Assembly (NCBI GenBank): GCA_038868115.1
Contig: JAWBXA010000001.1
Span: forward strand, 2,379-66,378
Reading direction: 5' to 3'
Origin: Candidatus Bathyarchaeia archaeon
Lineage (GTDB): Archaea; Thermoproteota; Bathyarchaeia; Bathyarchaeales; Bathycorpusculaceae
DNA: 64,000 nucleotides
Under the pieces are notes generated by a model. It did not search any database, was not told the DNA's origin, and saw only the letters and a program-made list of their open reading frames with translations. Shown piece after piece: positions 9,701-17,770 of the stretch (position 1 is its first letter; each line of letters begins with the position of its first letter). The position numbers were made by a program, and so were the translations under genes.

Positions 9701-9738
9701 TTTTATAGACTGAGGTTTTCCACACTAACTGGGTGGAA
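9701..9738 (+). promoter_or_regulatory. Putative hsp20 promoter: TATA-like TTTTATAG (9701-9708) followed by inverted repeat TTCCAC-N9-GTGGAA (9718-9738), ending just before the ATG
   Basis: Read directly in the sequence. Position relative to the start codon at 9741 fits an archaeal TATA box with an operator over the expected transcription start. Confidence 0.35.
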
Positions 9739-9740
9739 GA

Positions 9741-10337
9741 ATGCCTTCTGAAGAGGATTTTCCAGAATGGTTTAGGAGGAGACGCTTCCCCTTCTTCGGG
9801 AGCTGGTTCTTCGAGGACATAGACAGAATGTTCCGGGAGATGGAAAGATGGATGGAAGAGGAATTCAAAGAGTTCACTTCGAGAGTCCCAAGAGACTATG
9901 TTAAGGAACGTAAACTACCTGATGGTTCGACAATAAGGGAGTGGGGGCCCTTCGTTTATGGCTATAGCATAAAAATAGGACCAGACGGAAAACCAGAAAT
10001 CCGCGAGTTTGGAAACGTCAAGCCAACCAGGTTAGGACCAAAAGTTAAGGAGGAACGCGAACCGTTAGTGGACATAGTTGAGACAGACAACGAAATTCAT
10101 GTTGTAGCCGAACTACCCGGCGTTGAGAAAGAGGATATTAAGCTTCACGGCACAGAAGACACCCTGACTATAAACGTGGATACGCCCCAGCGGAAATATT
10201 ATAAGGAGTTGACGCTTCCGGCGAAGGTCAACGTCAAAGAGGCGAAAACCCAGTATAAGAACGGGGTTTTAGAGGTTAAGCTTCCAAAGATTAAAGAAGA
10301 GAAGAAGCCAAAAGGTGAACCAATAAGAATCGAATAG
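9741..10337 (+). CDS. hsp20: Small heat-shock protein (Hsp20/alpha-crystallin domain) with a ~100-aa N-terminal extension
   Basis: 198 aa. The ACD pattern is PLVDIVETDNEIHVVAELPGVEKEDIKL...YKNGVLEVKLPK. Confidence 0.85.
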   Translation: MPSEEDFPEWFRRRRFPFFGSWFFEDIDRMFREMERWMEEEFKEFTSRVPRDYVKERKLPDGSTIREWGPFVYGYSIKIGPDGKPEIREFGNVKPTRLGPKVKEEREPLVDIVETDNEIHVVAELPGVEKEDIKLHGTEDTLTINVDTPQRKYYKELTLPAKVNVKEAKTQYKNGVLEVKLPKIKEEKKPKGEPIRIE

Positions 10338-10369
10338 AAAAGCGAGCAACATGCAAAGCTCGTGCTTTC

Positions 10370-10780
10370 ATGAGTGCTAACTCTGAAGATGATATTTTGG
10401 ACGCCATATGCAAAGAGGTTAAGGCAGAGGGCAAACTGACAGGGAAGAATCTTACAAGGCTTTATGAGGCGTTTGGACAACGTTTTACAAAGGCATTTGA
10501 AGCCCTAAAAGAGAACAGGGTGAAGAAGTACATTTTTAAGCCCAGCGGGAGAGTTGTATGGGTGGTCGTCGGCAAAGAACGCGACTACTTGATAATACCA
10601 AATGCTGAGTTCTGCTCGTGCGATGACTTCTATTTCAGAGTTCTGGACAGAAAAATCCACCTCTGCTATCATTTGATAGCCCAGAAAATAGCTAGTATCC
10701 TTGAATGGTATGAGAAAATAGAGGAACACGACGAGCTATACGAACCACTAATGAGGGAGTGGAAGAAACCAACACCTTAA
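10370..10780 (+). CDS. SWIM-type zinc-finger protein
   Basis: 136 aa. The CxCxnCxH signature is visible in FCSCDDFYFRVLDRKIHLCYHLIA. Confidence 0.6.
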   Translation: MSANSEDDILDAICKEVKAEGKLTGKNLTRLYEAFGQRFTKAFEALKENRVKKYIFKPSGRVVWVVVGKERDYLIIPNAEFCSCDDFYFRVLDRKIHLCYHLIAQKIASILEWYEKIEEHDELYEPLMREWKKPTP

Positions 10781-10824
10781 ATACCGCGACTTAGAATTAG
10801 GAAAGCGCACAAAAAGGGATTCGG

Positions 10825-10941
10825 ATGGACATTGGAGCATACTTTGAAACCCTTAAATATATTCTAATGACAGCAACATTCGTTGTCCTAGTACTAATAT
10901 TCCTGCACATATTCTATGGAAAGGAAGAAAAGAGAGGCTAA
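10825..10941 (+). CDS. Possible 38-aa single-pass membrane peptide
   Basis: Own translation: MDIGAYFETLKYILMTATFVVLVLIFLHIFYGKEEKRG. One hydrophobic helix with a charged tail. There is no homology evidence. Confidence 0.25.
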   Translation: MDIGAYFETLKYILMTATFVVLVLIFLHIFYGKEEKRG

Positions 10942-10955
10942 ACAAAAAGCCTTTC

Positions 10956-11249
10956 TCAACTTCTTTTTCGCCAAAATACAAGGAACAGTATAACGCTTAA
11001 AATCCCAAGGATTATAGCAAATAAAACAAGCCATGTAGCCGCTGGACCAGCACCAAAAACGATGGGAATAGGCCATATAAATATAAAACCGCCAAAGCTT
11101 TTCGCGCCTTCACCAAACAGAAGCACAGCAATCACAGTTATTATTATGCCCACAAAAATTATGAAAAAACCTATAAAGAACAACATCATAAAGCGTCTCA
11201 TCCAATCATTCACTACATTTTCTCTGCTTTCGCCTTTTTCAGATGCCAT
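10956..11249 (-). CDS. Small integral membrane protein, DUF131-like
   Basis: 97 aa with two TM helices and a central FIFIWPIPIVFGAG motif. It is a paralogue of the adjacent ORF. Confidence 0.6.
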   Translation of the reverse strand: MASEKGESRENVVNDWMRRFMMLFFIGFFIIFVGIIITVIAVLLFGEGAKSFGGFIFIWPIPIVFGAGPAATWLVLFAIILGILSVILFLVFWRKRS

Positions 11250-11255
11250 CTAGTT

Positions 11256-11528
11256 TCACCTACCCCAAAAATAAAGCGCTATGAAAATTATGAAGAGAAA
11301 GGCCGTTAGGGCTACCGAAAGCCACAAAACTATTTTGACGGACTCGCTATCGCTGCCAAAAATTATTGGAAAAGGCCCTATGATTAATGCTCCGCCGCCT
11401 CGCGCTCTTCCACTTTTTACGCTTGAAAGAAAGAGCAGAACAAAAGATGCGAGGATAATTATGACGCCTATAAAAATTATGATTATACCCAACTCGTAAA
11501 GCGAACCAGCATCAAACGTCAAAGCCAT
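11256..11528 (-). CDS. Small integral membrane protein, DUF131-like (tandem paralogue)
   Basis: 90 aa. LIIGPFPIIFGSD mirrors the motif of 10956-11249, and the topology is the same. Confidence 0.6.
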   Translation of the reverse strand: MALTFDAGSLYELGIIIIFIGVIIILASFVLLFLSSVKSGRARGGGALIIGPFPIIFGSDSESVKIVLWLSVALTAFLFIIFIALYFWGR

Positions 11529-12080
11529 CAGTCATCCAATTCATTCTTCAATACTACAGACTTTTAAGCATTTTTAAAATGGAGAAGAGCAAAAAGAAAG
11601 ACCAGCAAGACAGAGCGAAAAGCCCTATGAATAATAGAGTTACATACCTGAACTCGCTCAAAAGGCTTTTAAAGTTGGCGAAAAGTGAAACAAAGCAATG
11701 GACGGAATAATCTAAGATATACACTAGTATACAAAAAGCGCACAGTTTGCGCCGAAAGTTAGAACTCGTTAAAATTGGCACATTTATGGTTATTGCACGT
11801 GCAGAGCCATGTGAGAAAACTCAAAACAACGGAAATAATGTTAGCAGTATCATATGGTCCATACTTCCATTTGTAACAAACTGTTTGAAAAATCTAGGAA
11901 ACTCCAGAAGCAACTATAACGTTGCAAAGTAAAAAAGCTCCATAAACAACCTAGACAAACAGCCTTTAATTTTGCCTTTCTGATTCTTCTGCGCTTTTCG
12001 TATTCAGAACCTTCCAGAAACTCATTAAAAAGCCAATGATACCATCACCTAGCAGTTGAATTGAACAAAATTAATTGAAA

Positions 12081-12323
12081 ATGGCGCTACCATGTTAAGG
12101 CAGCTGTCGCTATAAGCACCTGGCCCAATCTCAAATTACTATCAGCCGGAACATGCATGGAACTCTTATATGCAAAAATGAAGGGAAAGAAAACCATATG
12201 CAAAATCAAAAACCAAGCCCATGGATAACCACCCACTCAGACATAATCCTCAAAGAAATCAAACAACTCGAACAAGCATTAAAAGCCATAAACCCCTTAA
12301 ACAATACAATCTTAAAGGCTTAA
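12081..12323 (+). pseudogene. Possible remnant of a nucleoside 2-deoxyribosyltransferase-like gene (C-terminal part, frameshifted)
   Basis: Own translation: ...AAVAISTWPNLKLLSAGTCMELLYAKMKGKKTI, then in another frame PSPWITTHSDIILKEIKQLEQALKAI. The S.GT..E..YA...GK...PW...HS pattern resembles that family. No intact N-terminus is present. Confidence 0.3.
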
Positions 12324-13198
12324 AGCTTCAATGCAGCCCTAAGTCTAGCCGACCTAGCCCTAGGATTCTCCTCAACCTCCTCCTTAGAAGACCTAACAGG
12401 CTTTTTCGTCAAAATTTTAACAACACCTTCTTTGGCTTTCTCCCTCAGAAAATTCTTGACAATACGATCCTCCAAAGAATGAAACGAGATAACCACAAGC
12501 CTACCTCCTTTATCCAACACGTCAAGAGCCTGAGGCAAAGCCTTCGCCAAATTCTCCAACTCATTGTTCACAGCTATCCTTAAAGCCTGAAAAGTCCTAG
12601 TGGCAAAATGAATCCGCTTCCTATGATACCATGAGGGCGTCGCCCTCTCAACAGCCATAACCAAATCCACAGTAGTCTTCAACGGCCTAGACCGCATAAT
12701 TTCCTCGGCAATCCTCCGCGCAAACCTCTCCTGTCCATAAACCCTCAAAACCCTCTCAATATCCCTCAAACTCCAAAAATTCACTATGGCTTCAGCAGTC
12801 AACGGATTTCCCGGGTTATACCGCATATCAAGAGGCTCATTCCGGTGAAAAGAAAACCCTCGACGGCTTTCCTCTAAATGCCAGCTTGACAAACCCAAAT
12901 CAAACAAAACCCCAGAAACACGCTTAAAAGCACATTTCGCAACAATTTCACTCAAATTGGCAAAGTTACCGCAAACGCGGATTAGACGCCCTTCATAACC
13001 TGTACCCTCAACCCTCCTCTTAAGCCCCTCCAAAATTGCAGGATCGGCATCCACCCCCAAAACCCTACCAGAAGGCCCCGTCCGCTCTAAAATGGCCAAA
13101 GCATGACCACCCAAACCCACAGTACAATCAACAAAATCCTCATCAGATTTAGGATCAAGAAAACAAATAACCTCACTCTTCATGACTGGCAGATGCAA
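12320..13198 (-). CDS. rsmH: 16S rRNA (cytosine-N4)-methyltransferase RsmH/MraW family
   Basis: 292 aa. HLPVM...DCTVGLGGH, GVLFDLGLSS.QL-type motifs and ISFHSLEDRIVK are characteristic of RsmH. Confidence 0.85.
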   Translation of the reverse strand: MHLPVMKSEVICFLDPKSDEDFVDCTVGLGGHALAILERTGPSGRVLGVDADPAILEGLKRRVEGTGYEGRLIRVCGNFANLSEIVAKCAFKRVSGVLFDLGLSSWHLEESRRGFSFHRNEPLDMRYNPGNPLTAEAIVNFWSLRDIERVLRVYGQERFARRIAEEIMRSRPLKTTVDLVMAVERATPSWYHRKRIHFATRTFQALRIAVNNELENLAKALPQALDVLDKGGRLVVISFHSLEDRIVKNFLREKAKEGVVKILTKKPVRSSKEEVEENPRARSARLRAALKL

Positions 13199-13317
13199 AC
13201 TTGAACACCCAAACCCGATACAAATCTCAAAGCAATCCTAAACCTAAGTTAAAAGGTTGCACATCACATTTTAACGTTTACCACTTCAACCCAGCTGCAA
13301 AATAAAATTTCATAAAA

Positions 13318-13390
13318 TGCGGCCGCCGGGATTTGAACCCGGGTCGCCGGCTCGGGAGGCCGAAGTCCTACCAGGCTAGACCACGGCCGC
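13318..13390 (-). tRNA. tRNA-Gly (anticodon CCC), 73 nt, no intron, CCA not encoded
   Basis: Reverse complement folds as a cloverleaf: GCGGCCG TG GTCT AGCCTGGTA GGAC T TCGGC CTCCCGA GCCGG CGAC CCGGG TTCAAAT CCCGG CGGCCGC A. The acceptor stem has 7 bp, the T-arm is CCGGG/CCCGG, and the anticodon loop CTCCCGA gives CCC. Confidence 0.9.
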
Positions 13391-13681
13391 AACAAAATCT
13401 ACCGAATCCTTCGCCATTTTAGGTTTGTAAAGGTGACTATATATTTAAAAACCTTCGCTAAAACAATTTTTTACAATCTGTAAACATTACGTCACGCGAC
13501 TTTGATTCCACGACCTCTTCATGTGTGCCTTTTGAAAAATAAAGCTGTTAAGATAAAAATGGCCGTTGCTGCTTGAAGATCATACCAAACCTCTGAAATT
13601 TTGCGTCTAGGAATGATGCAATGAATCCATATTATTGAATTTTCTTGAGATAATTAAATCCTTAAGTGTTATCGCGCGTTT

Positions 13682-13721
13682 GCATTTAATGTGCTTGCTT
13701 TTCAGCAAGCACATTAAATGC
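13682..13721. repeat. Perfect 18-bp-stem inverted repeat with a 4-nt loop (GCATTTAATGTGCTTGCT tttc AGCAAGCACATTAAATGC)
   Basis: Checked base by base in the sequence. It lies in the 567-bp non-coding spacer between tRNA-Gly and purM. A partial third copy (GCATTAAAT) follows at 13724-13732. Confidence 0.9.
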
Positions 13722-13990
13722 TTGCATTAAATTCTTTGAAACTTGCACTCAGCTCAGAAGTCTCGAATACACTATTCTAACAGAACAGCCAAGGAGATTC
13801 TCAATGTACAAGTAAATATTTTCACATCACCAACATTCAGTAAAATTGCAGTACCTTGAGGTTCGCTTATGTTTTTTCTTCTCCTTTCGACGTAAGGTTC
13901 GAATTCTCTGTCCCCCTAAACTTTTGTAGTTTGTCGGTGAATGTTTAAAAAGCGCTTTTGCAGATTGTTAGTTGTGCGAGGGATTGTTGC

Positions 13991-15073
13991 TTGTTCAGGG
14001 AGTTTACTTATGCTGGTGCTGGTATTGATAGAGGGCTGAGAGTTAAGGCGAAGGGTGCTTTGCGTTTTCTGCGGAGAACTTATGGTTTCAGCCGTTATGG
14101 CAAGGTTTTGCAACTTCCTTATGGAATAATTTTCCCTTTTCGTGATGGCGTTTATTTAGATTTTGTAATTGAGGGGGTTGGCACTAAGGTTTTGGTGGCT
14201 CAGTTAGCCGACAAGTATGATACTATCGGTGTTGATGGTGTGGCTATGGCTGTTAATGATGTTATTCGTTCTGGCGCTATGCCCTTGGCTGTTGTTGATA
14301 ATATTCATGCTCAAGTTTCTGATCCATGTTTGGTTAGGGAGTGGATGAAAGGAGTCGCGAAAGGGGCTGTTGAGGCTGAGTGTGTTGTTTCTGGCGGCGA
14401 GATTGGTGATGTTGCTGAGTTGATTAAGGGTTTGGTGGAAGGGAAGGGTTTTGACATGGTTTTTGCAACTGTTGGCGAAGTTTCTGCGGACAGGATTATT
14501 TATGGTAGGGATTTGAAGCTCGGTGATGTTGTTGTTGGTTTGCGAAGTTCTGGGATTCACAGCAACGGCGTGACTTTGGCGCGGAAGGTTTTGTTTAAGT
14601 GTTGGGGCGGCATGTACGAGCCATTTGATATTCCTGAGCCCCTTGAAAGAGAGCTGGTGTATGAAGTTTTGGAGCCTACTAGGATTTATGTTAAGCCTTT
14701 TCTGCGGGTTGCGGATGAGGTTAAGGTTAAGGCAGCTGTGCACATTACTGGTGACGCTTATTTGAAGTTTGATCGTTTGATGCTTTTCTCGAAGGGTATA
14801 GGTTTTGAGTTTGACAATTTTAAGCCTCAGCCAATTTTTGAGGTGATTCAGAGGGCTGCTTCTGAGCTTGGCGGTAGAATAACTGATGAGGAAATGTTAA
14901 AGACGTTTAACATGGGCTGGGGCTTTGCAATAGTGGTTAACAAACAGGATGCGGACAAGGTGATTGACGTTTTGGAAAGGTCTGGGGTGCACGCTGAAAT
15001 CATAGGACATGTGACAGATACCCATGGAATCCGCGTCTTCTATAAGGGTAAAAGGATGGTTTTGAAAAGGTAG
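13991..15073 (+). CDS. purM: Phosphoribosylformylglycinamidine cyclo-ligase (AIR synthetase)
   Basis: PurM pattern: TYAGAGIDRG at the N-terminus, GVGTKVLVAQ and SGIHSNG. The ORF track begins at TTG 13958. The TTG at 13991 gives the canonical N-terminus. The start is uncertain. Confidence 0.85.
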   Translation: MFREFTYAGAGIDRGLRVKAKGALRFLRRTYGFSRYGKVLQLPYGIIFPFRDGVYLDFVIEGVGTKVLVAQLADKYDTIGVDGVAMAVNDVIRSGAMPLAVVDNIHAQVSDPCLVREWMKGVAKGAVEAECVVSGGEIGDVAELIKGLVEGKGFDMVFATVGEVSADRIIYGRDLKLGDVVVGLRSSGIHSNGVTLARKVLFKCWGGMYEPFDIPEPLERELVYEVLEPTRIYVKPFLRVADEVKVKAAVHITGDAYLKFDRLMLFSKGIGFEFDNFKPQPIFEVIQRAASELGGRITDEEMLKTFNMGWGFAIVVNKQDADKVIDVLERSGVHAEIIGHVTDTHGIRVFYKGKRMVLKR

Positions 15074-15128
15074 GTTTGCCTTTTTCTGTGGTGAAAGTGT
15101 TTAAATCGGCTCACGTGAAATTTAGCCT

Positions 15129-15380
15129 ATGAGATATCGCTTGAAAATTGAGGTCGGCCTGAAGCCAGGGCACAGCGATCCGGAGGGAGAAACCACAGCT
15201 CGCTTGCTTAGGGAGCTTGGTTATAGGGTTGAGGGGGTGGGCGTCAGTAAGGTTTACAATGTTGTTATTTGGGCTGATTCACGGGAGGAAGCCTTAGCTA
15301 AGGCTGAAGAGATGTGCAAGAGGCTTTTGGCTAATCCAACAAAGGACAATTATACAATACTGGTTGAGGAGGAAGGATGA
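15129..15380 (+). CDS. purS: FGAM synthase subunit PurS
   Basis: 83 aa with typical PurS size and pattern (LKPGHSDPEGETT). It overlaps the purL start. Confidence 0.85.
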   Translation: MRYRLKIEVGLKPGHSDPEGETTARLLRELGYRVEGVGVSKVYNVVIWADSREEALAKAEEMCKRLLANPTKDNYTILVEEEG

Positions 15381-17770
15381 GCGTTAGCCTTTATATCCGC
15401 AGGGGTACGCCTTTCCCGCTCTTTGAAATAGCCTTGGCGGCGGCCTCTGACCAGCAGTTGCTAAATGTTAGTCGTGAGCTTGGTTTGGGTTTAAGCCTAG
15501 ATGAGATGAGGGCTGTTCAGAAATACTTTAGGGAGAAGGGTAGAAATCCAACGGATGTTGAGCTCCAAACTATTGGGCAGACTTGGTCTGAGCATTGCTT
15601 CCACAAAACCTTTAAGGGCACAGTGAAGTTCGATGGAAGGGAAATTAACAGTCTTTTCAAAACTTATATTGCAAGGGTGACGGGGGAACTTAATCCACGC
15701 TGGTGTTTTTCAGTTTTTGAGGATAACGCTGGAATAATTCGCTTTGAAAAAGGTTATGGCATAGCCGTGAAGGTTGAAACTCATAATCATCCGTCGGCTA
15801 TTGAGCCCTTTGGTGGAGCAGCCACCGGTGTGGGTGGCGTTATACGAGATATTTTAGGGGTTTGGGCTGACCCCATTGCATGCACCGATGTTTTAGGTTT
15901 TGGTCCGCTGGACTATCCGTATGAAAGGCTTCCGCCCGGAGTCAAGCACCCAAAATACTTGTATATGGGCGTGGTTGCCGGCATTGGAAGTTATGGCAAT
16001 AACATGGGGATTCCGACGGTTAATGGCGCCATATGCTTTGACGAGAGTTATGTGGGCAACGTGGTTGTTTACTGTGGATGTGTCGGGCTTTTGCCATTGA
16101 AAAAGTTTAGGAGAAACGCCAAACCCGGCGACTTAATTGTTTTGGCCGGAGGAAAAACTGGGAGGGACGGCATTCACGGGGTTACTTTTGCCTCTGCTGA
16201 GCTAACAGAAAAGTCTGAGGAAATTTCCAGACCAGCCGTTCAAATTGCAAACCCCATCGAGGAAGAGAAGCTTAAGAGGGCGATAATTGCCATCAGAGAT
16301 TCCGAGTTGGCTTCAGCCATAACAGACCTTGGCGGAGGCGGCTTATCCTCTGCTGTTGGCGAAACCGCCAAACGTTTTGGATGCGGTGCCATTGTGGAGC
16401 TTGATAAGGTGTCGCTTAAATATCCGGGGTTAGCTCCTTGGGAAATCTACATTTCCGAATCCCAAGAAAGGATGCTTTTGGCTGTTCCACCAGAAAACTT
16501 GGCGCGGGTTTTGGAGATTTTTGAGGATGAAGATGTTGAAGCTACTGTTATTGGGCGTTATACCGAAGACAAGATTTTGCGCGTTTATTATGGCGGAGAG
16601 AAAGTTGCAGAGCTAGATACCCCCTTCCTTTTCGAGCCACCACTGACTGTTAGATATGCTGAGTATAAGCCGCCCGCCCTTGCGGAGCCAGACTTCCCAG
16701 AACCCAAAGACTTGACCAGCGTTGTTTTGAGACTGCTTTCCTCTCCGAATATTGCAAGTAAAGAAAGCGTCATCAGAACCTATGACCATGAAGTTAAGGG
16801 GAACACTGCTCTAAAACCTTTACATGGGGAACTTGGCGGCCCCAACGATGCTGTCGTCCTAAAGCCTTTAAAAGATTCTTGGAAGGGTTTGGTTATTTCT
16901 TGTGGCATAAACCCCAAATATGGGAAGGTTGACCCCTATTGGATGGCAGCCTCAGCCATAGACGAGGCTGTAAGGAATAACGTGGCCGTGGGCGGCAGAA
17001 GAATAGCCCTACTGGACAATTTTACTTGGGGAAACCCTGAAAAACCCGATAGACTTGGAAGTCTAGTTAGGGCTTGCGAGGCATGTTATGACTTTGCTAA
17101 AGCCTTTGGAACACCCTTCGTTTCTGGGAAGGACAGCCTATACAACGAGTCGCCCCTTGGTCCAGTCACGCCGACGCTGTTGATAACGGCTGTTGGGATA
17201 ATCCCAGATATCCGCGTGGCGGTTTCCTTGGACGTTAAAGAGCCCGGCAGCTCCATCTATATTGTTGGCAAAACCTACCGTGAGTTGGGAGGCTCGGAGT
17301 ATTATAGGCTGATGGGGGTCGTTGGAAAATCGGTGCCTAAGGTGCGTGTCAGCCAGGCGAGAAGGGCTTTTAAGGCGTTGATTAGGGCTATTGATCATGG
17401 CTTGGTTAATGCTTGTCACGACTTGTCAGAGGGTGGCTTGGCTGTTGCGGCGGCGGAGATGGCTTTTTCTGGCGGCTTTGGAATGGAGTTGGATTTGCGA
17501 CTTGTCCCAATGGAGGGCTTGAAAAGAGACGACTTTATCCTCTTTGCTGAGTCCAACAGCCGCTTCCTTGTGGAAGTCCCAGAAAAATGTGAGGTAGATT
17601 TTGAGGCTCTTATGCGTGAGTGCACCTTCGCAAAAATTGGAAGGGTGACAGCTGTGCCAAAGCTGTATGTTTATGGCTTGGATGGGAGTGTCGTGGTAGA
17701 CGCGCCTCTAAGCGATTTGTTGGCTTGGTGGAAGCGCACCCTTAGTGGCGGTGGTGAAGACCTAAAATGA
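15377..17770 (+). CDS. purL: Phosphoribosylformylglycinamidine synthase subunit II
   Basis: 797 aa with PurL motifs: QTWSEHCFHKTF, VETHNHPSAIEPFGGAATG and two AIR-synthase-like repeats. Confidence 0.92.
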   Translation: MSVSLYIRRGTPFPLFEIALAAASDQQLLNVSRELGLGLSLDEMRAVQKYFREKGRNPTDVELQTIGQTWSEHCFHKTFKGTVKFDGREINSLFKTYIARVTGELNPRWCFSVFEDNAGIIRFEKGYGIAVKVETHNHPSAIEPFGGAATGVGGVIRDILGVWADPIACTDVLGFGPLDYPYERLPPGVKHPKYLYMGVVAGIGSYGNNMGIPTVNGAICFDESYVGNVVVYCGCVGLLPLKKFRRNAKPGDLIVLAGGKTGRDGIHGVTFASAELTEKSEEISRPAVQIANPIEEEKLKRAIIAIRDSELASAITDLGGGGLSSAVGETAKRFGCGAIVELDKVSLKYPGLAPWEIYISESQERMLLAVPPENLARVLEIFEDEDVEATVIGRYTEDKILRVYYGGEKVAELDTPFLFEPPLTVRYAEYKPPALAEPDFPEPKDLTSVVLRLLSSPNIASKESVIRTYDHEVKGNTALKPLHGELGGPNDAVVLKPLKDSWKGLVISCGINPKYGKVDPYWMAASAIDEAVRNNVAVGGRRIALLDNFTWGNPEKPDRLGSLVRACEACYDFAKAFGTPFVSGKDSLYNESPLGPVTPTLLITAVGIIPDIRVAVSLDVKEPGSSIYIVGKTYRELGGSEYYRLMGVVGKSVPKVRVSQARRAFKALIRAIDHGLVNACHDLSEGGLAVAAAEMAFSGGFGMELDLRLVPMEGLKRDDFILFAESNSRFLVEVPEKCEVDFEALMRECTFAKIGRVTAVPKLYVYGLDGSVVVDAPLSDLLAWWKRTLSGGGEDLK

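Noticed and set aside
11554-11781. 75-aa hydrophobic minus-strand ORF, and the 80-aa plus-strand ORF at 57756-57998
   Set aside because: These are short hydrophobic ORFs in AT-rich gaps with no motifs, no convincing ribosome-binding context and neighbouring out-of-frame fragments. They could be relics of membrane protein genes, but the support is too weak to call.
12221-12583. 120-aa plus-strand ORF overlapping rsmH, and the similar 179-aa minus-strand ORF at 14204-14743 inside purM
   Set aside because: Both are antisense shadow ORFs. Their products are low-complexity (P/N/Q/T/L-rich), and they stay open only because of the extreme strand composition. The opposite strand encodes clearly recognisable RsmH and PurM.
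13199-13957. tRNA-Gly as the attachment site of an integrated element
   Set aside because: No integrase or recombinase gene, no viral or plasmid genes and no direct repeat of the tRNA 3' half could be seen on either side. The flanking genes are rsmH and purM.
13391-13957. Archaeal ORB/mini-ORB origin recognition boxes in the spacer
   Set aside because: I looked for the TCCA-N-TGGA dyad plus G-string pattern. I found only an isolated CCCCC at about 13913-13917 and TTCCAC at about 13507-13512, with no repeated ORB-like units. The origin idea therefore rests on skew alone and stays a hypothesis.
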